This document shows, piece after piece, positions 56,309-64,000 of a stretch of 64,000 nucleotides of DNA (position 1 is its first letter; the number at the start of each line of letters is the position of its first letter). The notes under the pieces were generated by a model. That model made no database searches. It was not told the origin of the DNA and worked only from the letters and a program-made list of their open reading frames with translations. Origin of the DNA: Bugula neritina (lineage: Eukaryota > Animalia > Bryozoa); contig OZ037767.1 in NCBI GenBank assembly GCA_964035545.1, positions 11,356,581 to 11,420,580 of the forward strand, in the 5' to 3' direction. Both the position numbers and the translations under genes were made by a program.

Positions 56309-59113
56309 TGTGTGTGTGTATGTGTATATATACACATAAAACTCACACAAGTTTATAGTCACCATCCTGTGAGAAACCCCTGGTGGAAAAGTTATTTTTG
56401 TAAAGTGGCTAAAGGATTTTATCATAATAAATATGGCAGAGAAGCAATTATGACTTTAATTTTCATTATTATCTGTTGACAGATCTAGTCTACTCAAACA
56501 CTTTTTCTGTTGTGCAGTAATTAAAATAATATTGATAATTTCGCTTATTTTTCTGCCTTCTGCTAACTTTACAAGTAAATTTTTACTCCTCTACAGTTTA
56601 CCAAACTCCTTGTTTAATTGGTATAATTAAACCATTCAGGGCAGGAAACTCGAAAGCTATTTTAGTCTTTTTACCTATTAATTCAATAAGTTTTTTTTCA
56701 GAACTAGAGTGCAAAGAGCACTTCTTTGTTAAGCATATATATAAGCCCTGCAAATCTAAAAGTTCAATTTTGCCACTCTGTTAAACTATCATTAATTTGG
56801 AAATATTGTTGGCTTATTAATAAGTGTTTAATAACACGTTGTATTATTTTTAACAAGATAACAGCAGATTTATCTGAAAAGTACTAAAAGCAATTTTATG
56901 ATAGGAGGTGCGTAGCTTTTAAATTATTATTGATGTTGTAACAATTAACATTGCACAAAGTGGAAAAGTACAAAAAGAGAATAAATCATTGTTCAATACC
57001 TTAAGTTAGTTATCAACAAAACTATATGTAAGTGTTTTTTCTTCCATAGCAGTTGAAGACTGGTAACCTGTTAAATTTTACCTTCAGGTTCAGCTTTCTT
57101 GTTGAACTTCAAATGAAGCACAGTGGTGGAACATTCTCATTCATAGAGTTGGAACCAACTTGTCAAACAACGGGACGTCATACCTGCCCAGCCCACGATT
57201 TTCGAGAATATCTAAAATCGGTAACTGCAACCACCTTCTGTATTTAAAGACCATATCTGTGCATTTAAATTGTTTACAGAAGTATTTACAGTATGATAAT
57301 GGCAAATTCATTTTATAAAACAATAAATATATGCATTGTTTGTCTAATTTACAAAACTATAACTGCTAATATATCAGTTTTTAGTTTAAAACCAACAAAT
57401 TTACAAAAAAAATCATAAGAAAGTCTTTTTCAATTTTAGTTTCATTTTCTGCATATTTTTCAAGTTTTCAAAGAAAAGTCATACTTGAGTTTTGATGATT
57501 TAAATTAAAAAAGTCACTAGTATGTAAAATTTAGCACATTTTCTCTATAATCTGCTAAAAATAGCACAGCTTTTGTTGATTCAGATGAAATATAAACTAT
57601 ACTAAGGTTTTTATTTAGTGTATAATACATATAAGTCAATAAAGGTCCTTCACTGCCCAAAATCACATTAAAGTAATTGATATGGGACTTAACTACACTT
57701 TATTTCTGCATGGCTGCTTTGTTGTATTTTCTTATACTTATACTCATAACCAACATGAAAATGCCACCACTGTTAGATATTTTATGAATTTTAACCAGTT
57801 TCAACTTGTGTGCAATAAAACTGAGTATAATTCATCAGTTATACTCATAGACTGTAAGATGGAAAGTTTTAATAATAGAAAGTTTAACTATTAGGCCATC
57901 TGTAATTTCAGTCCCGAAAATTATCAGGGTGCTTCTGGTACAGTCAGTGTTATGGAGACATCATGGTGAGCACAGTGGTCATCAATCACAGTGGAAAGTA
58001 TTCGTATTGGAACTCGAAATCGTTTATTGCCTTACTACATCGAGAGCAAGTCACACACAAAAGTAACCATGTCTGGGGTGTTAAAAAAACTAGTAAGTTC
58101 TTGTGGCTTAAATAAAAGGTCCATGATTATAGGTAGAGGTTTTATTGAACTCCTACACAGACCGCTGCGAAAAACTTAGCACTTCAGAATCTTTTTCCAA
58201 TTATTTTTTCGCCCATTAACTTCAATCAGTTTTGAGTTTCTGGAAATCACAACTAATATTTCGAAACGAAAGGGCAGTAAAGACTCTAGTCAACATAATG
58301 TGTGTGGCAGATAACTCCAACAATGTGTTTTTACAGTACACATACACATAGTATGGTGTGCGCATGTATATATAATGAATGCTTGTTTTTTCTGAAAAAG
58401 AACTTTTTATTTCATTGCTTTAGTAATAAAGATTTGTACAAAAAACTACTTTTATAGCAACTTGTGGTGAAACCTTTTATGGAATAGTTTTTGGCGATTA
58501 TATAACAGAAGCAGAATCAATCCTCGAGGAAAGTAAGGTAAAGTTGTATACTTGTAAGGAATGCTAGTATTTCAACAGTCAAGTTTTAATATCTTAACTA
58601 GAACGCATTTTGTGTTTTTTTATAAAACAATGAAAGTCATTCTGGTGTGGTGTATAATATGACTTCAGAATGTTAGAGATTGCTCCGATTTATCTTTATT
58701 GCAAAGATAGATTTGTACATCTATCATATATTATAGATATTTATACTCTATTGCATATGTTGCTTCACAGGACAAATTAAAGTGTAAAAATTTTGAACTA
58801 TGACAAAAAATACAAGTTCTATAATCCTTCAGTGTTTGTACAAAATTGCAAACATAATTGTAGATATTTGGTAAAAGATAGGTTCTGTTATTATCTTATC
58901 ACTATAAGAAACTTTAGCTAAAAGTTTATAATTTAAAATTAGGCATAATAATGTTGTTAAAAGTTATAAAGCATTAGAACTTCCAGTTGGAAATTTTTCT
59001 CTGCTGGTGATAATTGTATTATATGACCAAAAAGCTTCATTACGGGATTCTTAAAGCTACTTTCAAGTCTGTATTATAACTTCTTTTTAAATGCTGACTT
59101 TAAAAATTTAAAA

Positions 59114-59330
59114 AGAGAGTAGCCGTGGTCTAGGGGTTAGAGCGTTTGTTTAATAAGCATGAAGTCATGGGTTCGAGCCCAGACAAAGGTCATTGGTGAT
59201 GTTGGGAAGAGTATCCAGTCATTGCTCCTGTGCCTCATTTAAATAAGTCCTTAGCCTGCTTTAACAAAAACCCCTTTCTGTCAGGGGTTTCTCACAGGGG
59301 TAGTGACTATAAACTTGTGTGAGTTTTTTC
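59114..59330 (+). mobile_element. tRNA-derived SINE (best-preserved copy in the window)
   Basis: A box tggtctagggg, B box gttcgagcc, central ggtgatgttgggaagagtatccagtc, 3' end gactataaacttgtgtgag. Absent from the homologous intron of the 7896 gene (~12460). Confidence 0.8.
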
Positions 59331-61318
59331 TAAGTTTAAATAGCTTATAGAACTTAAGCTTTTTTATAGATGTTTTCATATCTCGTCATAATTATGTAGG
59401 ACATCATTTGGTACAATACATCCACAATTTGCTTATGGATAAAAAGTACAAAAGTTAACAGGGATGATAATGTAGAAACTAGCATAATGACTACACAACC
59501 TATAGGAGATACATATCAAGAGTAAGTCCACAAAGTTATTTTGATTAATTATAACGCTTAACCAAATATAGTTTTAACCAAAAATAAAGGATCTTATGAA
59601 ATAAATACCTTCCCAGCCAAACAAGCTGATTTTACGTTTAAAGTCAACAGGTAAAAGAAAAATTAGTGTCTTTTATCATATGTCAATAGTAGCTTGTTCC
59701 AATACTGCAGCTTTCATCATTGGGCCTACTTTTCTCATTACGGATATAAAAAAATTGATTTCTTCACAGTAAATTTTGTTGAATTGGAACAAATCATAAT
59801 GAAGTGTTATTATTGAAAACCTGATCATTGTGAAACAGAAGTTTTATTGAACTTGATATAAACTGTGAGCTGCTTGTTTTAAGGAAAAAATCATTCCAGT
59901 AAAAGCAATAATGAATGCTTATCAACAACATTTAAAAATAAATTATCTCAAATAATGCTAAAGATTGGTTTCTTTCTAAAAATAAAGTTTGGGCATTTTA
60001 GTAAATTGCTGTTTAAGTGTTTAGGCTTTTATAAAATATGGCATTACTTCATTTTTAAAGGTTCCAACTGAACCAAACAGTTGACAATGTTTTGTGATGT
60101 TCTAGGTATAGCGTTGCACTGTTTCTAAAAGATAATTATAAGAATTTGACGATGAGAATTCAAAGGAATCCACCTTTATTTCAGCAACTAGACTTTTATT
60201 CTAAATCCCGATACAATTGGAAGTTATTAAATAAAGATACAGAGTGGCACCTTCTGTGTGTCACCTACTACATCTCAGCAACTTTTTTTGCAGACGTGAG
60301 TAAACACACACCACACACAACACAACGCACAACACACAATACACAATACACAACACACAACACACAACACACAACACACAACACACAACACACAACACAC
60401 AACACACAGCACACATACATTAACTTTAATCTTTATCTATCAGCTTAAGATATATGTGTAATCTGTATAATGTGTGAATTTCACACATTCATTACTTCTG
60501 AGCGTCTCTATATTTGACCTCACCCCTCTATATTGATATGCATTGCATGCGTCCAATAACATATTATGTAAAACTAGTTACTAAATGGTGAGTGATTTGA
60601 CGCAAGGCTGGTGATGAATATGAATGAAATGTTAAAAGCCAAAACGAACACACATTGTTATTGCCACTATTCACTTGAATAGCTTTACAAAAAGCATTTT
60701 CTCTGACTTGCCTGCTTTATTTAACTTTGTATCCATTTTTACATAAAGGCAAATGAGTAACAATACTACAAAATATTTTTTTAAATCTTCAATCTAATTT
60801 ATATGCTCCCACAGATAAAGCACACGAGTGATGATATTTATGCTTCATTTTCAGAATTGAAAGTTAATTTAAAAGTTCTTAATATCTTTTTCAGTTTGCA
60901 GTAAAAAAAAGACAAATTAAAACAGTTGATTATGCAAGGAAGAGCTTTATTGTTAATTCACTGAGCATCTGATTATATGAGATTAAAATCTTGAGACCCT
61001 CATGACATTTTAAGCATTAGGATTGGTAGTTTTTTTTGGTATTCTCACCGATTTCTCCTGAGTCCTGACTTTGGCTTATTTCAAAGAGTAATAACTATAG
61101 ATTTTTGACATAAAAGATAAGTCAAGGTTTTGATTAATTGATACAGCTTTACAGTCTAAATCACATGAGTCAACGCTTTGTACACATCTATATCTAATGT
61201 ATTAAAATTTTTGAAAAAGAATTACTAAAAACTTTTTATTACAGTTTTCTATTTATTTTGATGGGAGATTCATGGATGCAAAAAGTATCCTACTACAAGA
61301 TTACTTATTCAGAACGCC

Positions 61319-61858
<540 letters not shown>

Positions 61859-61865
<7 letters not shown>

Positions 61866-61903
61866 TATATAGTTTCGTACAGTAAACTGCACTCGTCAGG
61901 TGT
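61859..61903 (-). ncRNA. Minimal hammerhead ribozyme (left arm of the palindrome)
   Basis: Exact reverse complement of 61928-61972. Confidence 0.85.
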
Positions 61904-61927
61904 TAGACTAAAAATATTTTTAGTCTA

Positions 61928-61972
61928 ACACCTGACGAGTGCAGTTTACTGTACGAAACTATATAGTCGTGT
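61928..61972 (+). ncRNA. Minimal type I hammerhead ribozyme
   Basis: acac-CUGACGA-gugcag uuua cuguac-GAAA-cuauaua-GUC-gugu; palindromic stem III acuauauagu. Confidence 0.87.
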
Positions 61973-62107
61973 GAGATTTTTTTAAATAAAAAAATATATA
62001 TATGTATCATTAACAATCTGAACACACTACATTATATTAGCTCTGTCACCCGTGATATCGAGCACTTTACTTTGCTGGAACTCCAACTAGATTGACAATC
62101 AGCATAC

Positions 62108-62195
<88 letters not shown>

Positions 62196-62200
<5 letters not shown>

Positions 62201-62600
62201 GTTTCACGTAGTGCAAGCTACGATCATCAGGTCGTTGTATGTACGCTTGAGTGATTTTGTTTTAAAAGTAGCATTATTTATGTATCGTTACGCTGGAATG
62301 ACTTAACTAGCGTCTGTTAAATGTGCAAGTAAAAATCTACGCTTGTGTCTGCACGTGGTGGAGAGCTCTTTTCGTTTGTTGAGGGAGGATAATTCCAGTT
62401 GTTTTAAAATTAAATATTTTTCATAGCTGCATAAGTTACATCTGTTGGTTAGGTTTGAGTAGGATTTGCAAATTTTTAAAATATTCCATTTTAAGCTAAA
62501 TTTCGTGTTGTTGTCTTTTAAATTCCAGATGTGTCTGCTGAGTTGTATGCTGTTGGCTTTATGTGCATGTAGAAAAGAGGCTTTATGGTTATTGAATCTT
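62196..62600 (-). mobile_element. 3' fragment of a Naiad-type Penelope-like element
   Basis: ORF 62303-62623: RFNNHKASF...LSRHIWNLK...KWNIL...CNLCSYEK...LNKRKEL..CRH (GIY-YIG C-terminus with CxxC). HHR core CUGAUGA...GAAAC at ~62201-62230 is cut off by (TA)n. Confidence 0.85.
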
Positions 62601-62698
62601 ATATATAAATAAGTAATGAACAATAAAATTTGATTTAAAACACTTTATTACTATTAGTTTTATGTGCATTATATATACACAATCTTCATCTCAACATT

Positions 62699-62747
62699 TT
62701 ATCTGAAGATTGTGCATATATAATGCACATGAAACTAATAGTAATAA
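62699..62747 (+). ncRNA. Minimal type I hammerhead ribozyme inside an inverted repeat (62615-62777)
   Basis: uuau-CUGAAGA-uugugcau auaua augcacau-GAAA-cuaaua-GUA-auaa. The mirror arm (62645-62690) has a mutated core. Confidence 0.75.
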
Positions 62748-62848
62748 AGTGTTTTAAATCAAATTTTATCGTTCATAACTTTTATTCACTTTGCTCTGCA
62801 CTGCATTGAGCTCTCTTTAGTGGTAAACTATACACCATTTTATATACA

Positions 62849-62938
<90 letters not shown>

Positions 62939-63019
62939 TGTGTATATATATATATATATATTATAAATAGGTATACGAGAAACATTGTTATTTATTACTT
63001 TATTAGGTAAAGTAATTAC

Positions 63020-63057
63020 ACTGATATTTCGGGTACCACTGTACCCATCTTCAGAGT
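63020..63057 (-). ncRNA. Ultra-minimal hammerhead ribozyme in the Penelope 3' region
   Basis: Minus strand: acu-CUGAAGA-uggguac agug guaccc-GAAA-ua-UC-agu; stem III reduced to palindromic auau. Confidence 0.72.
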
Positions 63058-63305
63058 AGCAATGAATGAAATTCAAAAATTATTATGTTACGTTAGACGT
63101 TATGCATGACACAAAGAATAGAGAGTGGCAGTTATTGTAAATTATTGAAACTTAAAGGAGATAATCTTATTTTATATATTACGCAGGTCAAAAATTATAC
63201 TGATTTTTTGCATAAAAAATAAATTAGAGTTGACAAAAAAATAGATATCCAAATATAAAAACAGCAAGAATTAGTGAAACTATGTGAGAGTTGAGTAGTG
63301 TGGAG

Positions 63306-63998
63306 CTATTGATATAGTTTTAGTGGTATGGAGTAATTTTGTTTATTGAGTTGCGGTTTTATTTGTTTAATGTAGAGAGCTTCGGCTACTTTTCGATGGT
63401 GGATTCCTTTAAATGAATGATTTAAAACTGTTACATTGTCTATTGATATGTTTCCATGATTAGTGGTAGAGATGTGTTGATAAATTTTGGAATTGATGTC
63501 ATTGCAGTGTTCATGTATCCTGTGTGATAGGCGACGTCCGGTTTCGCCTACATATGTTTGTTGACAGGTAGCTTCAGGGCAGGTTATTTTGTAGACTAGG
63601 TTGTGAATGTGTTCTTTGATGGTTTTATCTTTGAGATTGAAATGTGAACTTAAGGGGGTTCCTTTAAATAAAATCCGGGCATTGAGTTCATTTGAAAAAG
63701 AGTCTGTAATTAATTTATTGAGGGAGCGAATTAGTTTTTCTCCTGTTACTCCTTTATAAGGCAGCTGAAGTAAAATGTGTTTCCTGTTGTCTTTTTCACT
63801 GAATAGTCCGTCACCAATGTTTTTAATAGTTTTCTCTATTACATATTTAGGGTAACCATTTTTATGTTCAAAAACATTTCGAATATAGTTTAGTTCTTGG
63901 GTCTTAAGTGCTGGAGTAGAACAGATTTTATTAGCCCTTAATACTAGTGACTTGAGTGTGCTTAGCTTCCATGTTTTTAGTGAGAACGAGTTCCAATG
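63306..63998 (-). mobile_element. Penelope/Poseidon-type element: open RT C-terminus + GIY-YIG ORF (231 codons in the window; 5' part lies outside)
   Basis: HWNSFS...WK..TLKSLV.RA.KICST....EL..I...F..KNGYP...LPYKG..GE...KDK...NLVYKITC...C...YVGETGRRL..RI.EH...EALYI....PQLN.Q...PLKLY* with no stops. The ORF track misses it because it lacks a start. Confidence 0.92.
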
Positions 63999-64000
63999 TA

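Noticed and set aside
57991-58179. ORF MESIRIGTRNRLLPYY...
   Set aside because: Wrong frame of exon 4; the splice-phase-consistent frame is SRKLSGCFWYSQC...
62230-62600. Selenocysteine/SECIS, as reported for some Naiad elements
   Set aside because: The Cys positions are TGT/TGC, with no in-frame TGA and no recognisable SECIS in the 3' region.

Overview
AT-rich, intron-rich genomic DNA from an invertebrate animal; the species cannot be determined from the sequence. The ORF track is mostly noise, so host genes were rebuilt by hand from GT-AG exons with consistent phases. Host genes: (1) the last, transmembrane-encoding exon of an upstream + strand membrane protein (818-969); (2) a 7-exon - strand gene for a secreted, probably GPI-anchored, two-MAM-domain protein (2220-6564); (3) a 17-exon + strand gene (7896-39060, about 721 aa) for a type I membrane receptor with signal peptide, Cys-containing (possibly FN3-like) N-domain, pentraxin/LamG-like domain, two Ig-like domains, TM helix and short tail; (4) an 8-exon - strand CHST15-like sulfotransferase with degenerate catalytic motifs (40878-51240); (5) exons 1-8 of a close paralog of gene 3 (55690-61359, running off the window), whose amino-acid differences are concentrated in patches of the pentraxin domain. 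The introns are full of transposable elements: an intact Gypsy element with apparently identical LTRs, a decayed Gypsy whose 3' LTR is split by an RTE LINE that itself carries a MITE, other LINE pieces, tRNA-SINEs, several DNA-transposon derivatives, and Penelope-like fragments at (TA)n tracts. The Penelope-like fragments carry at least six intact-looking minimal hammerhead ribozymes, two of them inside a spacerless palindrome. The best candidates for new biology are the pentraxin-Ig receptor cluster with hypervariable patches and the dense intronic hammerhead array.
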